Origin: Auanema rhodensis
Taxonomy: Eukaryota > Animalia > Nematoda
Assembly: GCA_964057225.1 (NCBI GenBank)
Contig: OZ059899.1
Location: forward strand, 15,748,001-15,812,000
Reading direction: 5' to 3'
Length of the DNA stretch: 64,000 nt
The notes below the pieces were generated by a model. It was not told the DNA's origin. It searched no databases and was given only the letters and a program-made list of their open reading frames with translations. A program made the translations under genes and the position numbers. This document shows positions 41,462 through 53,892 of the stretch, one piece after another. Within the stretch, counting starts at the first letter, position 1; each line of letters begins with the position of its first letter.

Positions 41462-41658
41462 AACATATCATTTTACATATTTCATAATTGTGACATATAA
41501 TTTTTTCATTCCGTTTGTATAATACCTTATCAAGAAATTTATTATCCAGATTTTTCTTTTATTAATTGTTTTCATCAGCAAATACTTTGAGCAATTCTTA
41601 TCTATAATTTTTAATAATCAAATAATTTTTTTGTATTTAAATTTAGTTATTATCAGAT

Positions 41659-41926
41659 ATGGCTTTATTATATCCTTTGCATACACCAAATGTGCCTCTG
41701 CAGTGGGAAGATCATCTGTGGGTTTCTGGGGTCGGAACTGCTGAAGAGCTTTTATTATTGCGAATAGCAGGATATAAAGAAAAAACGGCAGTAAATCTAG
41801 TACAATCCGATTTTTATAATTAAGTTCTTATTATAGAAGGAAAAGGAATTTTTGATGTATTGGAATGAGCGAGTAGTAGGCTTGCGGTCAGAAAGTGATG
41901 ATGAAGATCAGGATACGGATGAATAA
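41659..41926 (+). CDS. emb-1: Small APC/C subunit EMB-1 (APC16-like), 73 aa, two exons
   Basis: Exons 41659-41790 and 41837-41926 (46-nt GT-AG intron): MALLYPLHTPNVPLQWEDHLWVSGVG...YWNERVVGLRSESDDEDQDTDE*; N-terminus matches my recollection of C. elegans EMB-1 (MALMYPFH..PLNWSEHLWVS) and it lies upstream of cde-1 as in C. elegans. Confidence 0.8.
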
Positions 41927-42072
41927 AATGTAGTTTATTGTGCATTATTAAATTATTTAATTTCTGTATTTGAAGTATTTGGGCTTCTAATATATTATAT
42001 CAGTTTGTGTCTGCCATATTTTATGTAAAGATCAATTCTCTCAACTATATTAATTACATATTTTTGTTTTAG

Positions 42073-45000
42073 ATGATAGTTAACCGTAATGTACCACCAT
42101 TGTAAGTTTTTTCACTTTTATTTTATTTTTTTGAATTTACATTTATGCTCTTTTAAACATTGCCTTATCTTAATTCCTTTTTTGAATGAATTCATCACCT
42201 CAATCTACCAGGCGGAATCCCTGTCCTCCCCTGCCAGCAATTCAGATTCTGAAAAGTATATACACCGTTTGAGAAAACAGATACTTATTATGTTGTTATA
42301 GGACCTGAGGAAGTTGCTTATGATATCAAAACCTTTCCAATTGAACGGTCGAAGACTTTGAAGATAGCACCAAAATATGAGGTAAATTTGAATTTTTATA
42401 TATTTTCAATACAAAAATACATTTTCAGCTTTTTTTATGTACCTTGAAACGGATAGAAGCTCTTTTCATCACATTAAAACAAATTGACAGTGATACATCA
42501 CCTAAATCAGCTTTATTGAATGTTAATGCCAGTGATGATACTGTTCGCAAAACTGTTATCCAGCTGGAAAATGAATTTAAGCGTTAGTTTTTCCACAGTT
42601 TTATTTTTATTTATGAATTTTCAGAGCCGGTTACTGTCAATAAAGCCTCCATTCCGTTTTTAACAGCACACTATGTAGAAGTTCTGCAGAAGGTAATTTG
42701 TATTCATCAATTTTTGGAGGTTATATATGAGATTTGTTTAGCCTAATCCCTCTTTTCCTGATGCTGTGTACTACTGCACTATATGTTCATATCATTTATC
42801 ATCAATAGCACACGCTAGGACACATATGGAGTCGAGTTTACATTTAGAAGAAGATCAGGTATCTTATTTCATCTTTTTAATGATATTTCTAATTTCTTCA
42901 GCGCCTACACGCCAAAACTGAGATTTTGTCTAATATGCCTGCCCCTAAATCTAATCACTTGGAGTCTGTTAATGATATCTTATTACAACTTCTAGCAGAT
43001 AGTTATGAGAAGGTTTTCTTAACTTTTTTTTCAAGATTGAAATCAGTTTTTGTTTAGGTAGATGAAAAGCATAGTAAACTGCACCAGTTTTTCAAGGATG
43101 AGGGAAGAAATATTCAACGTCTTGTTCAAGAAGAACTTGGAGGTAATTAAACAGGAACAATGTGTTATTTTATAGTTTTGTTTACAGGAAGCAAGATTAT
43201 TTTTAAATTATATGGTTCCGTGAAAGTTGGCTGTGATATAAAAGCCAGCAATGTGAATATTCTGTTAGATAAGCCTGATGTTGATATAGCATGCTCTGTG
43301 AATATTCTAAAACAATTGTATCTAAAAATTTATTCATATAGTAAGTTTCAGGTTAAGTTGCGTCTTTTAATTTTATTTGGTTGCTTCAGAAAATGATAAT
43401 GTTACCATTTCTGATACTCGTATATGTACAAATGTATCTCCAAAAATATCCTTCTTATACAATGTAAGCACTAATCATCCTAATTTTCCCTACATTCCGC
43501 TTATTATAGAATATCCCTGTTGTTTTGAATTGGAAAAATTACGATAGCTATAATTCTAGTTTCCTTATTAGATATTTTTGCTTGATGTGTCCGAATCTTT
43601 CATCGTTTTTACGAATGGTTCGTGCTTGGGCAAAGGTAAATGAAGAGTGACTAATGCTACAACCTGAACTTAACTCATTACAGATTACCGGTATAGATAA
43701 TTCGGATAAAAGCCGCCCTGGGCTTTCAAGGTACGGGTTTGATCTAATGTGTATTCATTACCTTCAACGTAAAGGTTATGTGCCTTATTTGTCTGATGTA
43801 AGCTAATTATTATATTAATTTAATATATTTTTTATTTGTATCTATAGGTTTTATTAGATAGAATACCAGATAATTCTCCAGATAATTTTGAATCATATAA
43901 AGATTTTGTATTAGGAGGGTGTTTACCACCTCTAAAGGTAATTTTGGTTTTTCTCAGCTTTATAAGTCAAGTGATATGTTCTTCAGAAGTCCAATGCTTT
44001 TAAATTACGTGATAAATGGAATTTCGCTCAATTGTTCATTGGGTTCTTAAAATATACTGTAGGCAATCAGACAGATGTAGTTCAAATTATGAATAAAACT
44101 CCGTTGTTGCGAAAGGATACCAGCCTTAAAAGGACTATTTTCCAAATATTAGGTTAGTTTTTAGGTTGTTCTAGCTTTTCTTAGGCATCTTATTTATTTT
44201 TAGACCCCATTAAACAGGAGAATATAGCATGTTTCTCTAAAGCTTTTCAATATTATTTTCTGAACTGTTTCCTAAAATCATATATTTACTTTTCTGTGCC
44301 TAGAGATGAAAATGGTCCAATAGCTGATATTTTACTTTATCAAAAGGTTTTCTTAATTCTCTTATCTTTTCTCTTGTAATCATTTTTTTTAAGATGGCCG
44401 AAAGTCCGAGGAAAAATAGATCTCGAAATGCTCCACCAAAAACACAATCAAAACTTGAATCAGATAAGCAATCAACTCCTCAAGATAGCAAGAGTCCAAT
44501 CAAAAATGCCGTTAGGTCTCTCAATACGTCTATACCTCTACCGTTGAAGGCGGTAATTTATTAGATTTCCTTTCATGAAAATTAATAACTTTTCAGATTC
44601 CCGATCCGTTAGACACAAATACTGATGAGGAAAATAAGTTAATAGAAAATGTTCAAGATATGATGAAGGTTTTTCATCCACAATAGCTTTTATCAACTCA
44701 ATTTTTCTTTCAGGCATTCGGTTTTAAATCATATCCTTTGAAAAATATTCCAAAAACTGATCCTAATAATGATTATAAGTATGGACGACAGGAGGTCATG
44801 GATCTTCAATCAACAAACACCCATATATCCCTACAGGTATTACCTCTTAAAATTTTTAAAGTTTAATATGCATATTTTACAGTTTAAAGATTATTTGTTA
44901 AAACTTGATATATATATGCCGGTAAGAAATTTTTTTATTAAATTTGTAATAATATGTAGTATATCTTCAGTTTTTCTGTGAAGCATCGAAAGAAGTATTG

Positions 45001-47313
45001 TTTTTAATTTTATCTTTCTAAAAATATGATGTTTTCATGCAGAATGTACAGAAGGATTTTACATCTCCAGCATCTCCACCAAGTCCATCTGAAATACCGC
45101 AATTTGTACTGCCAAATACAGCCGCAGTTGGTGAGTATTCCTTTTTGCTTTTCTCCTGTTGACTGCAAAATTCAGATGAATATGAAGAGGAATCCGATAT
45201 AAATCAATCAGCATGTTCAATTGATCAAAGTTTGCTCAGTGATATAACTGAAAGTACGAATCAGAAAATATGTTTTGAGGAGTTTCATATACGATACAAT
45301 TTGTTCCAAATTACAAAAATAGGAGCTAAGGTCTATAATTGAGTAGAACTTGTATAAACATTTTGGAGTTATAGTGCTCGAAATGGAGTAAAGATCTGTA
45401 TGTGTATTCCTTTGATCAGCCTAATAACTTCAATAATGGCTTTGTAAGCGTTTTTTTTTAATTTAAACACAGTTTTCTAATTTTTGTTCAGATTCCTGAG
45501 ATTAAGTGTTCATTATGCGATGAAATGGATCATAATTCAGAATCTTGTCCAACTACGCAGGTATATCGGAAGTCTCTGTCTCTGAAACTTCGTTTTTTCT
45601 TTAGATGCCGCCACTAGTTGTTTATCCGCCTAGATCGAAATTTGTGTTGGATGAGCTTACTAAGCTGATTATTCTGAATTATAGTATGAATTCTCAATAT
45701 AAACTATTTATTTGAGCACATTATAGACCATACAAAGCTTTCTGACAAAAATCTACGTGATGCTAGAGCTGTTTTGGATGATATAGCAGAGATGATATCA
45801 CGAACTTTTGGACGACCTTTCCGTTTGGTACTGTTTGGTTCACTAGTAAATGGCTTTGGCAGTCGAGGATCTGATATGGATGTCTGTTTCATGTTTGACG
45901 AAGACGTGCCACCTCCGGTATTTTTTATATCTTGATCAATTTCTCTCATTTATCGTGGGTTTTAGGATTTTTTAGCACCAAAGGTAATACGAAAAATCTC
46001 AAATGCTCTAGCACATAAGAAAACGATTTCTCGTTTGATTTGCATTATGACAGCTAAAGTTCCTATTGTGAAATTTGTGTATCGAGTACCATACTTCGAA
46101 ATTGAGACAGAGTAAGTTATTAATTTTATACTTGTAGTTTTCAATTTTTTGTTCTGCTCAGTATAAGTTATTACAATAATCTTGCTTTGGTTAACACTGA
46201 GCTTCTTCGTACTTACTGTGAATGGGAGCCTGAACGCTTACCTCAACTGGGACTTTGGGTGAAGAAAGTGCGACATTAAGAGAGACTCTAGATAAACTAT
46301 ATTCAACTTTGTTTTCAGTGGGCTAAAGTTTGTGATATTGGTGATGCTTCTAGAGGATCACTGTCTTCTTATTCATATATTATTATGGTTATCCATTACC
46401 TGCAAAATTGCCAACCTCCCGTTTTACCACGTCTGCAAGAGGTTGGAAACAACCTAGAATTAGTTTTATATTCATTATTAATTACCAGGAATTCAAAGAA
46501 AACATAGATGAAAGTGTGATGCTTCAAGAGCATGATGTATATTTTCATAAAAAATTAGTGGTATGATCTTATCATTATTAAATTCAAAAGAAATATACAA
46601 TAAATTTAGCCTAAATGGACCCGTAACAAATGTTCTGTAGCTGAACTCTTCCTTGGGTTCCTTGATTACTTCAGTTCTTTTGATTATGAATCCCAAGTAA
46701 TTCAAATAAGAAGAAAAAAGATTTTACTGAAGATGGAAAAAGGCTGGAACAGGCCTATTTGTCTGGAAGATCCTTTCGATTTGAATCATAACCTTGGTTC
46801 TGGTGTTGGAACACGAAGTAAGTAATGAAAGTTCATTGTAAACTCATTGCTTTCTTCAGTGTTTATGCATATCCGTAGATGTTTCATAAATTCGAGGAGA
46901 GTATTTAACATCGATGAGTATCGTTTCGCGTTTTTCCAACAGTTTAATATCCCTCCCTCAACAGTTCTTAATAAACCGCTACTTGTGGAATTAATGGTAA
47001 GTTAGTCGCATCTCATGCTATAACTTATTCCCCCATTCTAGATTTTCCTTTTACAACTTTGCAATATTGGAGATAGTCCTAATGATAGGCAATGTCGATT
47101 TTGTTCAAAAGTTGGTCATTTCTACGAAGCTTGTCCAATACGAAAAGCCAGGTAAAATAAGTCTCGGTGACCTGATAACCTTTCTTATTCTTCAGAAAGC
47201 GTCCAACCAAAAAAAATACAGGTCAACAACCGGCAAAAGTAAGTTTTATCATCTATACTTCAAGTTTTCGTCTATTATTTTAGCCACCAACGAACTTGTT
47301 GTTGAGGACATAA
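42073..47313 (+). CDS. cid-1: TUT4/7-like terminal uridylyltransferase (CDE-1/PUP-1/CID-1)
   Basis: C2H2 finger CTICSYH..HMESSLH; inactive NTase LYGSVKVG..SNVNI; CCHC knuckle CSLC..HNSESC; active NTase LFGSLVNGFGSRGSDMDVC; AKVPIVKF, SYYNNLALVNT, GDASRGSLSSY, LEDPFDLNHNLG; CCHC knuckle CRFCSKVGHFYEAC. Confidence 0.9.
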
Positions 47314-47671
47314 GGTTGTGTTAGGCCGACGATAAATTTCAAGGAAATTGTATTCTCCGTATTTTCAATTATATGCTTCTAGCAATTTTGAAAATTTAAA
47401 CTATTAAATGGGTCAATTGTTCCAAACATTTGAATTGTACATTCATGATTATTTTTTTTGTTGATTTTGGACAGTAATATTGATTACTAACAAAGAAATG
47501 CTAATGTTTTTATCAGCTGTCTGGAATGCTAAATAAGATTTTACAGATGATATATAAATTTTTGTTTGATCTCCATTTTACTCGTTTTACGCGAGATCCT
47601 ACTTTCATAATTTTTGTTTTGTTCCTTTATCATAGTTGTATTTTGTTTTCAGATGTTTTAGGGAAACTGAC

Positions 47672-49630
47672 ATGACACCCATGAAGCAGCTGCAAATACT
47701 TCCGGAGGAACATATTTCTTTGATCCCTGCTGTGGATCCCATACCGGTCACTGCATTCTGTAAGTTTTTTTATTCTTAATCTTACTTAGTTTTATTTGTT
47801 TTCAGGTCTTCCAGTCATATCCTTTCATAATGATCAGAATGGAAACGCTCTACTTGGGTTGAATTTATCGTAAGTCTGGAAATGAATAGGAGGGCTTCTG
47901 ATTGATATGTTTCAGGCCCTGTACCACGTATCTAAAGCATTTGTGCCCTCGTGTGCGAAGTCGTCCTTCCAAAGAATGTAATGAAATATGCGAATCGATG
48001 AGAAAATATCGAGGTTTCGATCAATTTAATCATTATTAATCAACTCAAATAATATGATTTTAGAAGAATCAAGAATAACAGAAGAGAAAAAAGCAGCGAT
48101 CGAAAGATTTCGATTGGAACTTGAAATATATTTCACAAATTCACTTCGTGATTTAGGAGGGCGACGTGTTGTGCTCGAAGTAAATCTAACCTTTTCTTGT
48201 TAAACATCATATGTGTCTGTTTAATAGGTTTATGGATCAACTCGTAATGGTTTTGGTACCAAAGATTGTGATGTTGATATGAGTTTGACTTTCCAACCAG
48301 ACCCTCCTCTTTGGGTTTGTACATGAAAGATATGAAAACCATCAAATATTTTATCTCTCTTTAGGTTACGGAGGGCACCGGAATATCTCCAGCAGATTCT
48401 GTCATGAGAGAGGTAGCTAAAATACTTGTCGATTATCCCAACACCTTGGATGAGAGGTTCATCTCAGCTAAAGTTCCAATTGTTCGCTTTAGAGGTGTTC
48501 ATATGGACATAGAAGCTGAGTGAGTTTTGATCATCTACTTTTATGTGTATGTCCTGTGTTTCAGTATAAGTTATGAAAACCAATTGGCTATTCATAACAC
48601 ATCGTTGATAAGTTATTATTACTATTGGGATCCACGTCGGTTACCAGCCGTAGGAGTTTGGATAAAGACGGTCTCTCTCTCTTCTATTTTGTGAACAAAA
48701 TATTTTATCTTTATTCATTATAGTGGGCTAAGCGTTGTGGAATTGGAGATGCATCAAAAGGTGGACTGTCTTCATACGCTTGGATAATAATGCTCATACA
48801 TTACTGCCAAAATACTGGCAATCCCCCATTTTTGCGACGATTACAAATGGTTGGTTCTAATCTAAGGAAATACAAGTACGACGCCTTTTCTTCACTACAG
48901 GAGCCAAAACATGGAAAGTCAGAAGAGATTATCGTTTCATCATGGAATGTTTATTTTTGGAAATTCTGTAATGTAAGTTAATCCTTTATATTATAATATA
49001 AACTCTCTCAAATAACTTGTAGCCTCATGAAAATCTTCATGAAGATACTTCTGCTTATGACTTGTTTGTTGGCTTCCTCGAATATTATATAGGATTCTTA
49101 TCCATGAGAAGAAAAGTGAGTTATATTTTCATTCTTCAAGTCACTTATCTGTTTTATTTTAGGAAATAATACAAATTAGACATGGATGTATTGTTTATAA
49201 AACTTCCATGCCAAAATGGAGCAAGCACGAATTATGCGTTGAAGATCCATTTGAACTTGACCACAATTTAGCTCAAGGTGTTAGCCCTGAAAGTAAGTTT
49301 ATAATTGTTAATTCTTCAAGTAATTGTTTTGTAATTTCAGTGTGTGATTATATACTCGCATGTCTCATACATTCTCGTAAAATGTTTCTTGATAGAAGAC
49401 TACGAAAAGCTTTCCTTGCTGCCCGAAATGTATCAAGTGTTAGCATAATTGAAGGAGATTTATTAACTGAATATGGAGTATTTTCCTTGAAATATGCTTC
49501 TCATCACATTTTTCGTTTTCAGAACTATTTGCTTCGATGTTGTGTACTTGATAAGGAACCGCCACTTCGACACTTCATTCGTGATCGAACTTATAGCCAG
49601 GCCACTAACCTCAGTGGAGAAACGTCATAG
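47672..49630 (+). CDS. pup-2: Poly(U) polymerase/TUTase, single catalytic module (PUP-2-like)
   Basis: VYGSTRNGFGTKDCDVDM, AKVPIVRF, SYENQLAIHNT, GDASKGGLSSY, VEDPFELDHNLA. Confidence 0.85.
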
Positions 49631-50438
49631 GAAAGTCTTACCGAGTTTATTGAATTCATGTTTCTGTCTATTCCTGGTCTAGTGATTCGCTAGCTTTGCT
49701 TTCAAGTCAAGTGGCTTTAAACGTCAATCTTTTTTCCTTTACAGATTTGTTGTACAGGCTTTATTATTCATTTTCACCCAAATCATATTGAGCTGGCACA
49801 GCGTGCCCATTAATCCACTGAAGCATTTCAGACCGATTTTGTTGTAAATATGTATGGTTTTGGATTTTTCTTTTTTTTCTGGGATTTTATATATATACAT
49901 ATATGTATAGTTGTAATTCAATTTATGATGGTCCTGTCGTGGTCTATGTTAACAAGTTACGTATCATGCGCTGTGTATTATTCTGTGATTTATGTATAGT
50001 CTATGTCCTCATTAACTCACTTACTTTTGTGCTTCAATAATCAACTTGCATTATGTGTTCTCCCGCAAGCTCACCTAGTTCATAATCGAAAACATCTCAC
50101 TTAGCCCCTAACCCAAAAGGAGAGATGTTTTTACAAGGATTCTATTGATTTATATAGCAAAATGTAATATTGTCCGTGGCTGTGCCGAAAATTCAAGTGA
50201 TTTAATAACAACTGTATCTAATTGAACTTGTTTAATATGGATTTTTCAAAATAAAGCTTATTGAAAGCGTTTCATATCATTGCAATTGCTGCTGGTTAAA
50301 ATGGTTCTTCTTCGTGTCATTGAATTTCTGAAAATGTTGAACTCGGGGAGGGCAAATCATTTTTATCTGCTATGTCTTGAGAACCGGTTGTGTTTTTCTT
50401 TTCTTTACATTAGTTACAAAGATTTATTTACAACTATA

Positions 50439-52497
50439 TTAAGAATTTAGAACTAAAGCTGAGACGAAAAGTAATAATGTGTACAGAACAGTATTAGGAA
50501 AATCATTAATGGCCGCTTGATTTTTAGCTGCTTCCCAATCTGTTAAATTACCTTTGATTTCTAGTTTTCCACAATCAACAACAGAAGTTGTATTATTTTC
50601 AACTAATAGAACTGTCTGAAAGAAAAAAACATGAAAAGGAAGCTAATTAACTGTTATGCCTGTCTCAGGACTGAATCATCAAGAATGTGGAAGTCAATTT
50701 CTTGCCATGGCTGAAAAAGCAAACACATTAAGAAGATTTAAAGAAATTCAAAATACCTGAACTGCCATGCCAGTATTGTCCGTGTGGACAGACAACAGAG
50801 TTCTTCCTTCTATATGTTCTTTCAAAAATTCTGCTCTAAAGCATGATCCCAACTCAACAGTTGGAGCATAGATCACTTCATATATCTGCAGTACATAGAT
50901 TAAGGAACTGGCTATTTACACTGAGTTAAACCGTGTTTTCTTTCAGGCCCGTTACAATCAGCATAACTAATGGATTTCTTCCACGAGTTTGAACTATCTC
51001 TAATAAACCTTGTCCTCCTCGAAAGCCTTTCAAATGAGCTGTTAAATGTCCTCCTATAATATCAATCATTGGAATATTGTTTTTGGAATGAAAACCAGCT
51101 CCAGATGAACATGTATTGATTTGTACCATCTAGTACTATGATTTCTAAATACTAACCTCCATTAAATGGAGGATCAACACAAGTATTGCGGAAGTAATTT
51201 ACAGTAAAGGCATGGCCAACATCATTTTCCACGAACAAATCAGGTCTTGTTAGTTGATTCTGCAATGGAAATCTCAGTTTCAGTTTCTGACGTGAATACA
51301 ATTGTCTGCATAAATCATATTGGCTTTACTTAAAACTTTAAATTACTAATGTATTTGACTTTTCCAACCATAATTGAGAAAGTTTTTGTATTTGTAATAG
51401 AGTACCTGATCGGATATGACACATTGATCATCCCCAGGTATGTGCATAGCTGAAAGACATCTCGAACCACGAAGTACAGATGAGAGACAAAGACGAAGAC
51501 ACTCGTCTTTAAACTGAAAGTAGCCGATTTGAAACAGAATTGAACTGAAATCGATGTTGGCTTTTCGAAAAGCGACGAAATACTCCGGATCAGATTGCGT
51601 TAAATCAAAGCAAGTTATTTGCTAGTTGTTGCCAGCACAACTCAGCCTCTCGCACTGCCATCAAGTTAAGATGTTCGATCATCAAGAGAGATCGTAAATA
51701 AAAAGTGTCGTAACTTAGTAGCGTTCTTTTTCTCAGAATAGGTACATAAACGAAGAAGCAATTATACACATAAATTCCTTTTTTTTTCAAAAGAAAACGG
51801 TGATGTCTGCGCTATTGTGTAAATGTGTGAAGTCTCAGTTTAAATTTGGCATTTTCGCTGAGGTCACATGTCATAATAATCAAATGTAATGCTGACTAAT
51901 GACTTGTCTTCTTATGATTATTTATTTCTTGATGGTATTAAAAAACGTAAACGATGTGATATCCTCTGGTATATGCACGCACACACTACAGACGTTCTTT
52001 AATTTCTAATTTGACAGACATTGGCCTGATCTAAGTTCTCGGGAATAAAAATTCCTAACAAGGGTGGGGTCAAATGGACAAGTGTGTTGATTAGAGTTCT
52101 TCATTCTTGACATTGAATATGAAGAAAATAGAACTCAAAAAAATTTAAGAGAAAGAGAAATGAATCACGATACCTGGACTGATGATGTATGGAACGCCTG
52201 ACCAACTAGCCAATAGTTTTTCTGGTATTCAAAGCATTTCAGAAGCTGAAGGTTTGGTTGTTGGCTAATACTAGCTATCTCAATACTTCCAACTGCTGAG
52301 GAGAATAGTGTGAAGAAGCACAAAAGTAAAAGTTTAGAAGACGTGGATATTGATGTTATGCTGGATTGACATCGTGCTTGTGTATTGAATAACACCTGAT
52401 CTCGTCGAGATTTCAGTGAAACAGATGAATATAGAGAAGAAGATGGTAGTAAATTAGTAGAAGAAGCGGAGGAAGAAACTGAGGAGTCGGACTTCAT
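50439..52497 (-). CDS. PAN/apple-domain + Cu/Zn-SOD-like-fold protein, probably GPI-anchored
   Basis: Hydrophobic signal LLLLCFFTLFSSAVG; PAN CFEYQKNYWLVG.. | DECLRLCL..CLSAMH..QCVIS..NYFRNTC; SOD-like strands AHLKG..GLLEIVQ..VTGL..GSC..VHTDNTGMA..TVLLVE..DCGKL; hydrophobic C-terminus; start uncertain. Confidence 0.75.
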
Positions 52498-53892
52498 GTA
52501 CGAAGGTAGAATAGGGGCGGTCGTCAAATAACTCAGATAGCCTGGGCTTTTCTTCCTACACGTTCACTTTTTCTAAGTAGTGCACTAAAGACATAAGGAG
52601 AACCTTAAGCAGGACATAGAGAAAGAGGTTAGAAGATAGAGGAGGAGAGAGAGGAAGAAAGAGGGAGAGAGCAAGAGAAGAAGAGACTTTCATGTCTTTG
52701 ATATTTCTGATTCTGGTAGTATTGCCACGCCTCTTCAGGTGGATGACAACTAATGATGAAGATGATGATGATGTTGATAATGGTCGTAGTGCTAGAAGTG
52801 AAAGAAGGAATTTTGTACATAGAACGACAAGGTTTTACATGTCTCGTATTGCACCACCTTTTGCTAGGGGAATCTTAAGTTCTTGTTCTCTCAACAGCAT
52901 TACTATGATCTTCCTGCGTTAAGGTCTCAGGGTGATAGCATTGGGTTCCGAAAACAAAAAGCTAGATCGTTATCGTATGAAGTAGTCATTGAAACTTTGG
53001 CTATGTCTTTCGTAGTTTGAAATGACAGCCAAGTAAGTGAAATAATAAGACACAACTTAGAAAGCTGGAGTCAAAGATCCTACAAGGTAGGGTCAGACTT
53101 CAGGGTCACCGTTTGAAAAATTTGAAAAATTCGAAAAACAATTTGAAAAATACTTAAGGCTAAAAATATCAATGATCAATGGTTTTTAGATTTCTTTTCA
53201 TGTTTATGACGGTACAAACATTTTATTCGAATGATGAACCAAGAAGCAATATGCAAACCAAAAATGGCTCCCCTTATCGCTCATCTTATTTTCAATGCTG
53301 GCTCCATATCGAACCACAACAAAGTCCAACATGTTATAAAATGGATCACTTCTTTTGTTAATATTTTCATCGAATCCGCTTGATTAAGTGCAACATTTTT
53401 TGAATTCTCCAAGTTTTTCTATCCTACTACAATCACATTAAACTTTACGTCAATGGCAGCTACTAGAAAAAATCACAATTCCATAGTGCCTTAAATGTGT
53501 ATTAAAGTTTCGTCATCGCTTCAACATTCAAGCTGTTACGTAACATATCTATCTTGTAAATACTCCAAGAATCATTTCGCTGTTCTAAACAAGTTTTATA
53601 ATTCTAACGTTTATGTAGAAACTGCAAAAGGTCTCTGAAAAACTTGAGCAAATAGTCCTGGAACGCGGATAAGAGCAATTCCGCCCTTTAATTAACTCGA
53701 GCACTGAACAGTTCGATCCAATGAAAGTATACAATGTTGTAATGCAGTAGCAAAATTTAAGCTTGATAATGTATTATTTTTTTTTTACTTAAGAAAAATG
53801 GAAAACGGGTGCCAATGTAAATATCTTGTTTCTTGTACGTTCGCCATACTACTCATTACATCATTATCTTCACATACAAATAATTTATTCAG

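Noticed and set aside
41655-41790. Possible structured ncRNA (TTATATCCT/AGGATATAA stem)
   Set aside because: Better explained as exon 1 of the emb-1 coding sequence
43160-43260. Loss of catalytic Asp residues in the first cde-1 nucleotidyltransferase domain
   Set aside because: Expected: TUT4/7-family enzymes have an inactive N-terminal module
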